Shown: positions 25,552 through 40,503, counted from the first letter of the stretch. The stretch: 64,000 nucleotides of DNA from Epiperipatus broadwayi (GCA_028023455.1 JAQFVV010000005.1:20770001-20834000); one strand, 5' to 3'. Notes: generated from the sequence alone by a model not told the origin. Numbers and translations: made by a program.

Positions 25552-26980
25552 AGGCATATTAAACATTATAATATAATTACAGCTTCACTAACGCATGCGA
25601 AAAAATTGCTTATGTATAATTAAAAACAAAGAAGAAAGTAGTCATGAAAAATAAATATAGCTTGGGGTAATTTGTAAGACAATATTATATCACACATACA
25701 CACACAAAAAAAAACTGTCAATGCAAAAAAATATATATAGGAAGAAGAGAAACATGTATGTTAAAAAAACTGGTCATAGTTGCTTAATAAAGTATCTGCT
25801 TCGAGAATTTCAACAGGAAAGAGAAATAGAAGAATGCTCTTATCGAAAGCACCTCATCTGGATTAAACTTATAAAAACTGAAATTTGAATTCATATATAA
25901 AATAAGAATGACGGAAGCAGCAAAGATTATTTTAAAATGACTGAATTCAAATCTAAACTAGCTTTTAATCATATCTTTGCAAACATTAAGCACTTAAAGA
26001 TAAGCTAAATTTATTGCAAAGAATAAACAATAGGCCAGGGGAATTCATGAATAAACGCGTCCTGGGATATAATGAATACTTTGAGAAAAGATAAAGGAAT
26101 CGTAATACTTATTACGTCACTCTAAAAAATAAATTTCCAAAAATAATTTGATAAGAACTAGAGGATATACTTTTACTGCAGTGACTTATTAAACGATGAT
26201 GATGATTATTTATAAATTGGAAATAATTTGAATTAAACATTTTCTATTAAAAAGAGAAGACAAAAAAAAAAAGAAAGACACGAGAAGGCTGGTAAACAAC
26301 TGCAAATATAAAAAGATAAATGACATTTTATTACCGTGAAATTTCGCAGATCTTATCTTGCCAATATATTTCAAATCAAATTCATTCTGAATATAAATTA
26401 ACTTTTGGTTTTACTTGTTTAAAGACGAGTGGGGAATTTTAGAGATGTAATATGATACAATAAAATTAAAATAAACATACTTAAAAAAAAAAAAGAAGAC
26501 AATATTAGAAAGCAATTATTTGAAATAAATCATAGCGACCACTTACTTTTTACTCTATTAAATAAACATAAAAATATATATATACATGTTGAGTGTGCGC
26601 GTTCACATACCTCTCTAAAATATTTATACGCAGTTGATATTTGTGAATTATTACATTGGAATTTTTTGGCATTAGGTAAACAAAATACTATGTTAGAGCT
26701 AATGTATTCCCATTTAACAATATTCCACTCTTTCCTACATAATCGAACATAGACTTAGCTAATATATGCATGCTTACTTAGAATGCATAGTTTCAAGTTA
26801 TTGCATTTCAGGGAGAAATTAGAATAATGTTCTCCAATATGTGAACTAAGGACAACAAAGCTTGGATTATTATATATGAATTCCTCAAAGTGTAATGCAT
26901 AATATTCTTTTGAGTGTTTTTATATGTAAAGACATTTCCCCTCACAGATTTGTTTAACATTATACATACATATGTATTTG

Positions 26981-28110
26981 ATTGTTAGAGAAATCATAGA
27001 AAGGACAAATGAATATGAGTTGTCATTATGTTTTGGATTTGTAGATTATGAAAAGGCATTCGATTCTATACACATTTCTTCAGTGATTAAAGCATTGGAT
27101 CATCAAGGTATAGATCCAGAATATTGTCATATTTTAAAGAATATTTATAAAAATTCAACAGAAACAATTAGATTACATAATGATACTGGAAAAATCAACA
27201 TTGAGAAAGGTGTAAGACAAGGTGACTCCATATCTCCAAAACTTTTTACAGCAGTGCTGCAAGAAGTATTTTGTGAATTAAAATAGGAAACTCTAGGAAT
27301 GAAAGTAAATGGAGAGTATTTAAGTCATTTAGATTTTGCAGATGATGTAGTTGTTTTTGCAAATAATGCTTCAGAGCTGCAGGAAATGTTGCAGGAGTTA
27401 GCAGATGAAATTAGAAAAGTAGGACTAAAGATAAATGTTAAAAAGACTCAAGTAATGTTTAATCGATTTGCTCAAAATATGAAAATAAAGATTGATTATG
27501 AAGAATTAGAAGAAGTTAACAGTTACAAATACCTTGGTCAGATTATTAATACAGATGGAAACATAATGGAGGAAATTAATCATAGAATTAAACTTGGTTG
27601 AAGTGCTTTTGGTAGAAATAACTTGATACTAAAAGGAAATATGCCTATGTGTTTGAAAAGAATGGTTTTTAACAAATGTGTTTTACCAGTTCTTACTTAT
27701 GGATCTGAGACTCAGACACTTAATAGAAGAGCAATACAGAGACTTCAGACCACTCAAAGGAGAGATGTATGTTGGGAGTAACAAGAAGAGATCGAAAACG
27801 CAATGTATGGGTAAGACAACAAACAGGTGTTACTGACCTTATTGAAAAAATTAAAAGATTGAAATGGAGTTGGGCTGGACATATTGCTAGAAGAAATGAT
27901 AATAGATGGACAATTGAAATTTTAAACCGGATTCCAAGAGATTGTAAAAGACCCAGAAAGAGACCACATGTGAGATGGATGGATGAAATAAGTAAATGTG
28001 CAGAGGTGTTGTGGAAAAGAGAAGCTAAGGATCGGAAAAGATGGATTAAACTTGGAGAGACTTTCATCCTGCAGTGGATTGATAATGGTTGTTAATGATG
28101 ATGATAATGA
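26981..28110 (+). mobile_element. 5'-truncated RTE-clade LINE, decayed
   Basis: FVDYEKAFDSI, GVRQGDSISPKLF, HLDFADDVV, YKYLGQ and KWSWAGHIARR motifs. Ends in a (GAT/AAT)n tail. Confidence 0.92.
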
Positions 28111-30164
28111 TTTTCAAATTTTAATGTACTATCAAGTCTTTACAAATAGGCAGACTTACTTCTGGTAGAAAGATTTAGATACTTCAATCTCTATATCATA
28201 TGATGATCAGAGATTCTTCTGAGAAATACAAGTATAGAGAGGAACTGGGGACAGATGTATATACTACATATCATTATTGGAAAGAAAGTTCATTGAGATT
28301 TAATCAACTAATAAGAAAAGTTTTAATCATTATCTATGAAAGTAAGATATTATATATGACATATTTCAAACTGCATGTCATGTGATACAAAATAACTTCT
28401 TAAACAAAATCAGAAATTTCTGGCAAAGATTATATGGTCAAAAGCTTTCTCTTAGCCAAGATAAAAATTTCCTTTCTTGAAACTCTTACCACAATAAATT
28501 CATTTACTTTCTATTCACTATTACTCAATTATTTTTCTGATACTAATTCACTTTCTCTCTTCCTATCCCATTTTAATAAAAGCTGTTTTATTATTCCATT
28601 TTCCCGTCCTCATATTCCTCAAATTTTATTATAAAGATCTAAACATAAATTCACAAAATCTCTACTTTTTTCACTCTCTCTGTAATATTACATTTTCCCT
28701 TCTCTATACAACATGTTCTGACTCTGCCTTGCAAAAATAGATATTCAATACTCTCTCTCCATATAAACCATATATTATTCCATTTTTGCCTCCTTTTCCT
28801 GAAAACCAAAATCCCTATCTTGCACCAAATAATAATAAACTTTTTTCAATTTTATTCTAATATCTTTTTTAAAAGCATAAAGCCAAACTAATCAAAAAAT
28901 AATTAAAATTACACCAAATTCACAACTCAACCAGACTATCCAAGAAAATAACCTCTAAAACACTACCAATAGTTTCACTGCTAAAGCAGACTTCTCAAGT
29001 GTAAAAAACTACAAAATAACATATCTAAACTAAACATTAGCCACAATTTCACTTACCTCCTATACATCCTTAATATTACAAGAACTTTTAAATAAGTTAT
29101 ACATTTTTAATAATAAAGATTCTTTAATTCTTCTTTTTATTTCATTTCTCTCAAAGAATACCTTAGCCTCATCAAAATTAATAGTGTGGCCTGTATCTTT
29201 TTTATGTATATATAAAGCAAAACTAAGATATTTATTTCTAACTCTACTTTTATTCTTTCATTTAAGCTCAAACTACTCTATCCTATATATACCTTCTTAC
29301 AAAAACATGGGATAATATACACTACTCCAGGAATAGTCTGTCAAAAGTTTCCTTGATATTATTTAATAAATTATTCAAAATAATGTTCCTTTTCCAAGCA
29401 ATTTTCTTATTTCCAAACAAATTATTAGTTTTATAGACAATTTAAATGGCAAAGAAATATCATATTTTTCTTTATTTTTTACATTATTACTATTAAATAA
29501 AATACTTTTAACAAATTTATCAGAGTAGCCAGCATTCAAATATTCTTTATAAATTTGACTTAATTATTTAATCTCTTATTTCTATCAAACCTGATAACTA
29601 TCAATTACTTATTTCAAACTTCTTACACATCACTATAAACTCATCTACTACTTATTCCTTACTATCCAATTATTTCTCCAGTTCTGGTTCATTTCTTTTT
29701 CCATCTATTTTATTTTATTTAACAAGAGCTGTTTAGATTCCATCATCATCTTTTATATTATACAGTGATGACACATCTATCTTTAATTCTAGTTTCATGT
29801 AAGCATTAAATAGTCAATAGATATTTGAACATTCTCCAAAATTGAGTGCACTGCCATCTAGTGGCTTTGATTAATCAAAGCTTAGCTAAGGCTGTGATGA
29901 AATTAACCAAAACTTATATAATGCAAAGAATGGTAATAACAAAATGTCCGACAAGTTTCAGGCCTACCCAAGGATGTAACTTGAAATTCAAATTTAAGAG
30001 TTATGCAACTCACATAAAGTTTTTCACAATCACTTAGAATGCATCCCAAAAAGTGTGAACTTGCTATCTTATAGTTTTGATGCAAAATATTCCAGATGAT
30101 GTAAATAAAGTAAACTTATTTATCTATCTTCGAATCTATAGAAATCACTAATATTTTATTAAGA

Positions 30165-30405
30165 CTTGCTGCCCTGTTGGTTTGGTGCAGTGGGAGACTA
30201 TCAGACTTTGGATTTATTATTTCCAATACTCAAACTTCATATATACTTCTGAGCAATAAAATCATGTGATTATTTTTTAATAGACTTATTGCCCTATTTG
30301 GTGATAAAGTAATGGAGTCTGGGGCTTAAGGTCCATGGCTGTGTCCTGTCATTTTGGGTAGTTAAATTTCATATAAATTTACAAAGCAATAAACTATTCA
30401 ATTAT
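30165..30405 (+). mobile_element. Two units of the tRNA-like tandem SINE family
   Basis: TTTGGTGCAGTGG A-box-like start and GAGCAATAAAATCATGTGATTA end, as at 15870-16430. Confidence 0.5.
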
Positions 30406-31235
30406 CAATATATTTACTCATATTCCAGTTGTTGCAGAACTTTAAGAAGGCACTGTTTTAGATTAATATTAGTCTTTTAAAAAGTAAAATAATTACAGTC
30501 AGTTGTTCATGAGATCACATGATGTTAAAAATCAAAGTTCTGATATAAACATTAAATGTTCCACTTAACTGACCAAAGAGATTACTTTTTTTTTGCTTTC
30601 TTGGGATAGAAATCAATAAGAAAACATTAGCTCCTGAATCTGCCTTTCTTAACACTTACACTAAAGTATTAAGACTTTGCATTTGACTATCTTTCATTCT
30701 ACCAAAAATGAGGTTTTATTTTCAAGTTTTATACGAGAATAGGAAATAATTGCAAAATGGTAAATCAGGTGGAAAGAGAAATGATTAAATATAGTTAGAA
30801 AATGACAACTCTTATGAGCCAATAAATAGCAACAATTTCCATATCATATCTATTATGCTTCCAGAGATGGGTAGAGAGTAAAGTAATATAGATTATAGCT
30901 GTTCACACAGACATTAAGCATAAGTTAAAAGAGTCTGTGAATTCAAACTCATTCAATTAATTCATTGAGAAAAAAGTCATCATCTTCTTGTAGGAACTAA
31001 ATTCTATGGTTACTTCTGAGGATTAAGTCAGTTGTGAACTTAAGAATGATTGTAACTGCAAGTATATAATAAGCTTTAGTGAGTCAGACACATATATGAA
31101 CACTTTATCATATCAATTTAAACATAGGTAAAACTTTATGTCTCAATCACATTTATGATAAATTAGCAGATAAAGAGACAGAAATGAGGTCCAAAATGAT
31201 TTGCATCTGAAATCAAAAGAGCACATTTGAAAAGC

Positions 31236-31517
<282 letters not shown>

Positions 31518-32660
31518 CACTATAATTTTTAATATCTGCAACAGCAGCAAGCTTTTCTTTTTGGAAATTTTTGTTTAATTGACCTTATTATTAGATTCTG
31601 ACAACAGTCATATGAAAGCAATCAAAATTGCTTTTCATTAGAAAGCTTTTGAGATAATCTTTTATAATAGAGTCTATTTCCTTCAAGAAAGCCATGCTCA
31701 AATCACCATAATATATTTTTTAGAAAGTCATGTATCATTTATTCATTTCACATATCCAATCAAAAATCAAATGAAGATGGAGATTTTTCAGACATTATAG
31801 TAACACATCTGGCAAGTTAAAAATACTGATTGAATTTAGGATCCTGCCTTTTAAATTTTTTTTATTTATAAAGATCCTTAAATACAGGCTTTTGGTAATG
31901 CCTTTATGTTACATCAATAGAAAATCCAAGTCTCATTTCCATACAGTAAGGTGGGTAGAATTAACAGCTCCATATATAGCAAACTTAGTTGCATTAGTTA
32001 TATCACTGGGATGAAATATTCTATTTTTTTAACTTGTTAAAAGCAACAACAATACATTGGAATCTGTGCTGCATCACAATATTTTAAGCCCACATTGCTA
32101 TTAAAAAAGCTACCAAGATATTTAAATTGTCTCATATTTTTAAATTTATAACCATCCATGCTAAAAGTTCTGAAGATTTTTCTTTCCTCACTGGCTTCCA
32201 GAGAACTTGAGTTTTTTGACTCTTAATTACCCAATCAAAGTCTTTATATGTTGCACTTAAAACAATAAATATATTCTGAAAATGGGTTCTTTTTTTCTTT
32301 TGAATTTCCACCCAGACAGTACAATATTTAACATACTGAAAATATGGATATCAAAAAGACAGTTATTTTTATAGCAACAAGGACAAGTATCTCCTTGGGA
32401 TAAATGCCATGCACACTGACTGGAATTATCATTTTTAGATAATTATATGCTTCTCCCTTATAACACCAATGTGAAAGTGATTAATAAGAAAATATCAACA
32501 CAAATTACAAAGAAAAGTTAGGTTTGATTATTGGCTATCCCTTATTTTATTCAATATCTATTTAATATATGATTTTTTTCTACAGCACAAGCTTTTCAAG
32601 ATGTGTGTGATCAAGTGTGTCAATATCTAATGTCGTTTTGACAAAAAATGAACTTGGCAT

Positions 32661-32881
<221 letters not shown>

Positions 32882-33874
32882 TGATTTATTATTCAGGAGT
32901 TCTACAAGTGATAATGTGATATCATGATCATTAATTTTGTGTCCCAGAATTTGGGATGCAAATAAATTGTAATAAAATGAAAGCAATAAAAGAGGCAGAA
33001 AGAAGAAAAAAATGATTCATTATTGGAGTAATTATCAAAGTAGCAATAAAAAAATTAAAATGAGAATTGCAATAGTTAAAATAGGCTTTAATGAGGATAC
33101 ATCTTTTGTCTACAGATCAGTGAAATAAGAACTATGTTTTATATAGAATATTATCTAATATGATATATAAACATGGTCAATTAAAAAATATAGGGAGGGA
33201 AAAAATGGAAACTTGCAAAAATAATGAATTTAAAGCAGAGTGGAAAGAATAGATTAAAAAATTAAGATCAGAAATGTAGACAAGTTAATGAAACATTATT
33301 TTTTGAGAAAAATTATGAAAGATCACCTGTTCTGGACACAAGAAATCAGGAAAGATATGTAGGAAGAGTCTATGATTGTATGAGTGGAAATATTCAAATA
33401 AAAAAGTTAACTGATTTCAAAAAGAAAAATAATTAAGGGTGTTTGAAAATTAGATAAAGAAATAAAAGATTTGGATAATATTGTTTGATTTGGTATATGG
33501 AGTCCTGCCTTTTGGCAACTGACCAGTGTTAGGTCTTATTACTAATATTATATATATATATTATTTTGCTTCTATATATTATGATTATCATTATTTTCAA
33601 TCTTTATCAATTTATTGCAGGGTGAGGATATTTCCAAGCTTAATGCAATTTACCCAACCAATATTCTTTCTTCTCCACATCTTGTCAATAAACTTTCCTA
33701 TTTTATTTATTTATATTATATATAAACCCTCTTTATAGATTTTGTACAATTTCTTGAAATCCAGTTTCAAAATTTCAACTACCCATCTCTCTTTTTCCAG
33801 CAATATGTCCAATTCAGCTAGCTCCATTTCACTTTATCTTGAAAAAAATTAAGACTAAAATATAACTCAGTTAG

Positions 33875-34490
33875 ACCTATTGTTAGAAGAAATGATAATA
33901 GATGAACATTTAAAGTCTTAAAATGGATCCCAAGAGATTATAAAAGACCTAGAAAGAAATCATATGTGAGATAGATCAATAATATCCGTATTCTCACCCA
34001 AGAATTTTTGCTTTGATCTCTTCTTGTTACTTCAAGCATATATCTTCCTATACTTCATATATGAATAGTAAAAAGTCTTTATCTTGAAGTTTTATTAAGT
34101 GTCCAAATCTCATATCCATAAATAAGAAATGCTAAAATATATCTATTATAAACTATCCTTTTCAAACACATAGGCATATTTCAAAACAGACAAAATTCTC
34201 CATACAGTATTGCCACTCAGTGCAAGCCAGAGTAATCAATGGATGCCAAAAGGCTTGTGCATAAAACCCCCATCTAGTGTCTTTATGCACAAGCCTTCTG
34301 GCATCCATTGATTACTCTGGCTTGCATTGAATGGCAATAAGTACAGAGAGTTTTGCCTGTTTATAACAGTTATAAGCAAGCATAAAAAATGGTGATCATG
34401 TGATGTTTATAGGCATATTTCCTTTTAATATTATTTTTATCAAAAGCACACTTCATCCAAGCTTAATTCTATGATGAATTTTTTATTATA
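33875..34490. mobile_element. Old rearranged RTE remnant hosting an HHR-repeat insertion
   Basis: 33875-33980 matches RTE 27880-27980 on the + strand. 33990-34182 and 34422-34490 match the reverse complement of RTE 27575-27810. Confidence 0.75.
34183..34408. mobile_element. Foldback insertion of the ~450-bp HHR repeat family with a 13-bp TSD
   Basis: ATAGGCATATTTC at 34170-34182 and 34409-34421. The arms are inverted around CCCCATCTAGTGTC. Confidence 0.9.
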
Positions 34491-37400
34491 AATTATTCAT
34501 GTTCGTATTTTCATACGTTTAATAAGCTCTGAAAACGGATTTTAATATTATATTTTTACCAAAAAAAAATTAGATCACGTGTGCAAAAAGTGGATCAGTG
34601 TGTAAACATTTTAAATAATCAAACTTTTTAAGATCTTGTTGTTGAGATTATAATTTTCTTTTCTTTTTTTGCCTTAATTTTCCAACTCGGTTTCTTGACA
34701 TAAACCTAATTCTTGATCCTTTGAGGGTTAAATAAACAACTAAGCTATTGAAACTTGCTACCGCATTCCAAAAACTACATCCAACATCTTGAACAGAAAT
34801 CAAATCAGTATTTGTTACGCAGACTCACAGTAGCAATAAATAAAATATTAAAAAAGAAATCATTTAAATTTTAAATTACTATTTTCTCCCAGTCATGCTT
34901 TCATCTAATTTTGTCAGTCTTTTCTTTCACAATAGTAATGATTTTCCAGGGATTAAGTCTCTACGCAATGAATCAAGAATTCTACCATAAATCATCGGAG
35001 GAAACAAATGGTAAAATTGACATCAAAACTTGTTTTTTTTTTAAAAAAAAAAAATTAAAAAAAGGCTTTTTCTTAATCTATGCATGAATTAACTGGAATG
35101 AATCAGATTTTTAACAAATCGAATAGTTTTGTTTTAAAACAATTGTAGAAACGTAGTACATTTCCCTACCATACTGAGATTCAAATCTGGGTTAAGTACA
35201 ATATTTTCAAGAAGCTTAAAATTTTTCTCTCAGATAGTTGGTTTATAGTCAAACCAGTTAGCATTCAGTATCAGCCAACAAATGGGTATCCAACTATTCT
35301 TAGCTAATGAATAAACAAGGGTGGAAACCCAGCTAACCTTCATCACTTGACAATTGGCAAGTTTAGTGCATCTTCTTACATGGAATTTTTGAAAAAAACC
35401 TTTGCCCTTCATTAAAGAGTCTATTTTATCTTTATACTGAAATAAATGTTAAAAGTAAGAATGTAGAAGTGATAAATGGTTGGATCTTGGCAATAGCATT
35501 TTGCATACTATATTGAAGCCAAACTTTGGCCTACCCCCTCCCCCCAATTGTGAGCACCTGTAAAACACAACTTTGCTTGTGAGAAAGAGTGCTTTCCTCT
35601 CTTGAGATGATTGTTAAGATCATGGAATTTGAAAACTTATTTCTAAAAAAACTGAATGAAACTTATATACAAACAGCCTCTTATCTTCAGCACAAGATCC
35701 AAGGATTTTGTTTTCCAACTATATATCACAAGATGATGGTCAGGTTTTGGTCAAATTAAAAAGCCCCATTTTTTTTAAACTCTATTACTTCACCTGATTT
35801 TTTTTTAAAAATATAGTAATATAGAGCACTTTCTAGATGTTTAATAGTATTCTGACTACCAATTTCAAATTCGGCATTTTTTTTTTATCGAGAATAGCAG
35901 AATGTTTAATAGAAGTCTAGCAGATGGCTTTTGGAATCTTTGAAGAAACTTTTAACTCCCATCTTCTATAATAGACACTTCATCCATTTGTCAATTATCA
36001 ATAACCTTCGGAACTAAAGATGAAATTCTTCCATTGCTTTATACAGATTATTGTAATGGTAGAGTGATGGACTCAAAAGTTAAATATTCTTAGATCAACA
36101 TTTAATACACCACTTCTAGTGCCTGCATATAACATGACTTCATGAGTGATTAACCATTTTTTTATTGATTAAACATGCGCTTGCACAGAAAACTGAACAG
36201 ATGGTTCAACTATAGATTAGCATGGTAGTAGTAAATTTCCTGGATTGATTCATGGTATAATAATAAAAAATTTAAAGCTGAGATAAAACTCTTTTGTTTA
36301 ATAGCCATGAGAGCTATGCTAAGAATAGATAGCTAACTACTAGAAAGTTCTTTCTAAGGGGAATAAATATCAGATCATAATTATCCATCTAAAAAAAAGC
36401 TCTTAATACTAATGGACAATAAATGATGTAGCATAGATTCTGCATCTATATTTCTTTTGACATTAATAAAGAATTATTTCATATTTCTATCATATTTTCC
36501 AATTTTTGTAAATGCATTGCCACTATCTTATTAAGCCATATTATCTTCAGATACCCATTTTCTGACCAATATTGAATTGTTATATGCATTGGTTCTAAAA
36601 TAACTATATGAACAAAATTATGAGTTTGTGTAAGAAATTACTGGAAGTGTTGGAGTGGAGATGTGGTCCATGACCCTTGAGATCCAGAACCCACCATTCT
36701 ATCATTATACTGAACCGTAAGGGGAATAGTATTTATTAAGGGGTGGCATTAACAATTAAAATATGAATAAAGGCAGACATTGTTTAATGCCATGTGAAAA
36801 AAAAAGATAATATTGTTATACCAAGACTCAAGAGTTTACTTGAGAAAACATGGCTGATACCATCCCTGATAATCAATATGAATAACAATTAAAAAATAAA
36901 TGCATGCCAGTTATCCATATAATATATTTTCTCTCATGTTAAATACTGTAGTTTCTATCATATTCATAGACTTACTACTATCCATAATTTCAATAATCAA
37001 AAATTAGAAAAAACATTAATCATAAAATTAGAATTTATTTAATGTATGGATTTTTTTAAATTAGTCTAACAACTAACAAAATACAATAAAGAAACCTGTA
37101 GATATTTCAACCAAGAGACAGATTCATTGGTGGTTTTATTATGTCCTTTAATTCTATCATTGTTGCCATAGATTCGATAATCAATAGTTATGTGATTCTT
37201 CTTTGTTTTGGTTAAATCTACAAAGGTTAGTAGTTTATAAATTTCACTTATGAAGAAGATGAATATAGTGATATGGGTTGTCAAATTCTGCTAATGAGAG
37301 TTTAAAAACATCTAGAATGATCAAATCCAGATGAGTTTATGGTTGGATTTGAGAAAAGAAATTTGTTTGAGTGTCATTAGAAGTTCATTTTTTTACATCA

Positions 37401-38400
37401 CAATTCTTTGATTGTTCAAACAAAATTTCAGCTGAACACCTAGACAGAAGATTTAATTTGCTTAGATAGTGAAAACTATATCTTGAGTTATAGACAAGTC
37501 TGAGCAAAGAATATATAAAAACAGCAAGCTACTAAGGCATACACCTGAATATGTCAGTAATATGTAGTAGAATAACCAGAAGTTTAGTGTGGACAATTTT
37601 TCTCCCAATAGAAACACAATATTTATTGGTAAAATATGGTAGTGCTAAGCAAACTGTATGTAATATATTTGCATCACAAGCCCAAATAGTGAATCAGTTT
37701 TCCGAAGAAGTTATTTATAGAAATTATTTTAGATAGATGAAGAAAATAAGTTTGTTTATATTCAAAGTTATTCATAAATGACATGAGATAAAACTATGTT
37801 TAGGTCTATTGTTGTAAACGATTATATTCAGATTAAAAGACTTTCTTTGCTGCTTAGATGAAAAATTGACCATACAGTCTTTATTGGATTAGAAATACAA
37901 TCCCAGTCTTTTAAAAAGATTTCCAAACTTTCATAAACTTATTAAAAGATTCTATTTCAGGTAAAAAAAAATTCTTTTGTTACGTAAAAGTGCAAAAATG
38001 AATTTCCTGCATTCTGCATCACTGATAAATGTAATAAATAAAGTAGGTAAGAGATTTGAATTTAGTAAGTTTCATGTACGTGGTCAGCATTAATTAGTCT
38101 TGACTTGTACACCTAACATGCACTCAGTCAATAAATGTGACTATTTTTTCTCTTGATTTCTACTGTATTGCCTTTTTATCATAGTCATGTGTATATATGT
38201 TAGATACACATTAAATAGGATAATATCCATAGTTTGAGGTACCTAAGAAAAGCCATTGAATGAAGGGAGTATTTATCTGCTAGCTAAGTTGAATGCATAT
38301 ATAAATTTTGAAATAAGAAATATATAAGTTAACAAAATAAACAAGAGCAACACATTCTTCAATGTGCTTTACACAACACAATATTTTATACTTTCAAAAA

Positions 38401-38445
38401 CAACTGACAGTTTTGACTGTTCAACAGACTTCTTCAGGTGTCATT
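38401..38445 (-). ncRNA. Fossil type I HHR (CTGAAGA-A-GACTG family)
   Basis: CTGAAGA A GTCTG TTGAA CAGTC AAAACTGT C AGTTG; G12 replaced by A. Confidence 0.45.
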
Positions 38446-39607
38446 CCACAATTTTTTTTAAAAAAGAAACTGTTAAAACCAACAACATATTCTAAATTCT
38501 GGATATAAATAAGCATAAATAAAAAGAAAAATAACTGCAAACATGTAATTAAAAAAAAAAATCGAATAAATAATTATATTTTAATCATAGAAATCTTTAT
38601 TTTTTTTTATAATTATTTAATTTTTAAAATTAAATTATAATGGAAAAATTTTAAAAAAATTATATAATATATTAAATAATAATCTTCTTAATTTTAATTT
38701 GGAAGAATAATAATTAGATTTGTGTTTTTTTAGATAGGAGATATACGGAATGATGACTTAAAAAAATTTCATTCTCCATTATTTTACATGAAAGTATTCT
38801 CAACTCATTTTTACTCAAATAGTAAACCTATTGAAATTCTTAGTATTAATTTAGCAATTACTATTTTTGCAAAATAAATATGCCTTTTGTGAGAGAGTTC
38901 ATATAAAAAATAATTTCAAATAAATAACATTTTTATACATGCAAATTTATCATCGACTTTTTGAAAAATGTTAAATAAAAAATTAAAAATTTTTAAAAAT
39001 AAAAATTCATAAATTTCATGGGCATTGCTATGAATATATTTCTGACAGTTACTTTTATTCTCTTTCAATCAATTAGTCATATGGATGCTCTTTCTCTGAC
39101 TCTTTTTAAATTTATTATTGTATTATATTTTGATAACTGCATTAATATATTTTCTTAATACATTTTTATTAATGTCTTAAACACATTTTTAATTAAATTG
39201 CATTGTAGCATGAATGTGTGTGTATATATATTAAACATGTAAATTTACTATTGTACATAGCTTCAAACATCCATGGGAAATATTGAAACTAAATGCAGTG
39301 AATATAAGGTATTATTATAAATATATACGAAAATAATCCCAGTGCTAACACTAAACTGAAATAAAAATCCAAATATTAAATCATCCTACATGATTAAAAA
39401 CCCAACATCGCCCTCTGTAAAATGAATATATTGAAGTCCATATTTCAAAATAACCAGTATATGAACTTTAATCTGTTTATTCCACAGAGGGTAGTGCTGG
39501 ATGTATAACTATGTGGGGCGATTTAATATTGAGATATACATATAATTACTATATATAATCATAACTGAAACACAGGCTTATATATACCTGTGTCTATATA
39601 TATGTAA

Positions 39608-39978
39608 TATATAGGGTATATGAGCACAGACTTTCGCACGACACCACTCTTCACTCTATCTAATAACACTGATACACTTAAACACATATATGTTGAAAAG
39701 ATAATTAATCACCAATATATGTATTTCATGCTAAACCAGCATCATCTCTACACATATATACTATAAGTGCTCAGATATATATTAAGATAGACAATCCTCA
39801 TACTTTAATGGACAGGCTTCAATCTACTCCACACTCCAACTCTTCAACCATCCATCCAATTGAAAATCTGATGATGGAATGCTCAAAGGCAACATATATG
39901 TATTTAAGTGTATCAGTGTTATTAGATAGAGTGGAGAGTGGTGGGTCGTGTGAAAGTCTGTGCTCATATGCCCTATAT
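39608..39978. mobile_element. Foldback copy of the HHR + tRNA-like repeat (about 88-bp inverted arms)
   Basis: 39608-39695 is the near reverse complement of 39890-39978. The minus strand at about 39750-39710 has ATGCT GGTTT AGCAT GAAATACATAT A TTGG. Confidence 0.8.
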
Positions 39979-39987
39979 TATATATAT

Positions 39988-40044
<57 letters not shown>
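39979..40044. repeat. (TA)n microsatellite
   Basis: Directly visible. Confidence 0.95.
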
Positions 40045-40049
<5 letters not shown>

Positions 40050-40244
40050 CATAATAAATTAGTATGACTCAAAATATATGTAAAACCAATCTTGTTTTCA
40101 GACTATGAACAAATAACACTGTCATTAAACAGTTGAGAATAGAATGAATCCCTTCTATTCTTTTGATGTTTATAAGCCAAGTCTTACCAATATTGATGAA
40201 AATAAGTGAAACAATAATGCACTTTTCACAATGCTTTATATAAT

Positions 40245-40503
40245 AAATGAAAGTTTCAATTGACTACCTATCTTCTTCAGATATTTGAATTATTTTTCAT
40301 CTATCTCTCTCAAACATTGAAAATTGACTGATGAACAGTCTTTCACATATATTTAAAATATTTTTCACTGATCCATTTCAAATTATAAACTATTCACTAG
40401 TTTGCAGTTTGAAAGAAATAACAGTTTGTAATTTAGATGGGTAAGTGAAAGACATTTCAAATATCTGAAGAAGGTTGCCAGTTAGTCAAAACTGTCACAT
40501 ATT
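40245..40503. mobile_element. Old foldback with an HHR remnant in each arm
   Basis: The minus strand at 40288-40245 reads TCAAATAT CTGAAGA AGATAGGTAGTCAATT GAAACTTTC ATTT. The plus strand at 40457-40500 reads TCAAATAT CTGAAGA AGGTTGCCAGTTAGTC AAAACTGTC ACAT. Confidence 0.55.

Larger units (their letters stand above)
23159..25622 (+). mobile_element. Penelope-like element (decayed RT + GIY-YIG ORF) with an inverted copy of its 3' ~530 bp at the 5' end
   Basis: DKGNS-like start near 23835, WPMGLPMSG, YIRYVDDIF and YLDLII RT motifs (23823-24743). GIY-YIG segment VVYKIA..P..GCQASYYGETRANINTRIYQH near 25125-25220. 23159-23686 is the reverse complement of 25093-25622. Multiple stops and frameshifts. 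Confidence 0.9.

Noticed and set aside
26034-26066. CCAG...AAACGCGTC CTGG resembling an HHR 3' half
   Set aside because: The CUGANGA core and G12 are absent.
27720-28067. Antisense ORFs over RTE and LINE copies (also 59138-59476, 63594-63914)
   Set aside because: Shadow frames of the retrotransposon coding strand.
31012-31065. TACTT CTGAGGA TTAAG..CTTAA GAA ... AAGTA
   Set aside because: Helices I and II pair, but A15.1 and the NUH triplet are missing; at most a highly decayed relic.
34949-35009. 61-nt segment between TTTTCCAG and GTAAAA
   Set aside because: Plausible splice sites but no homology or linking exon, so it is indistinguishable from chance.
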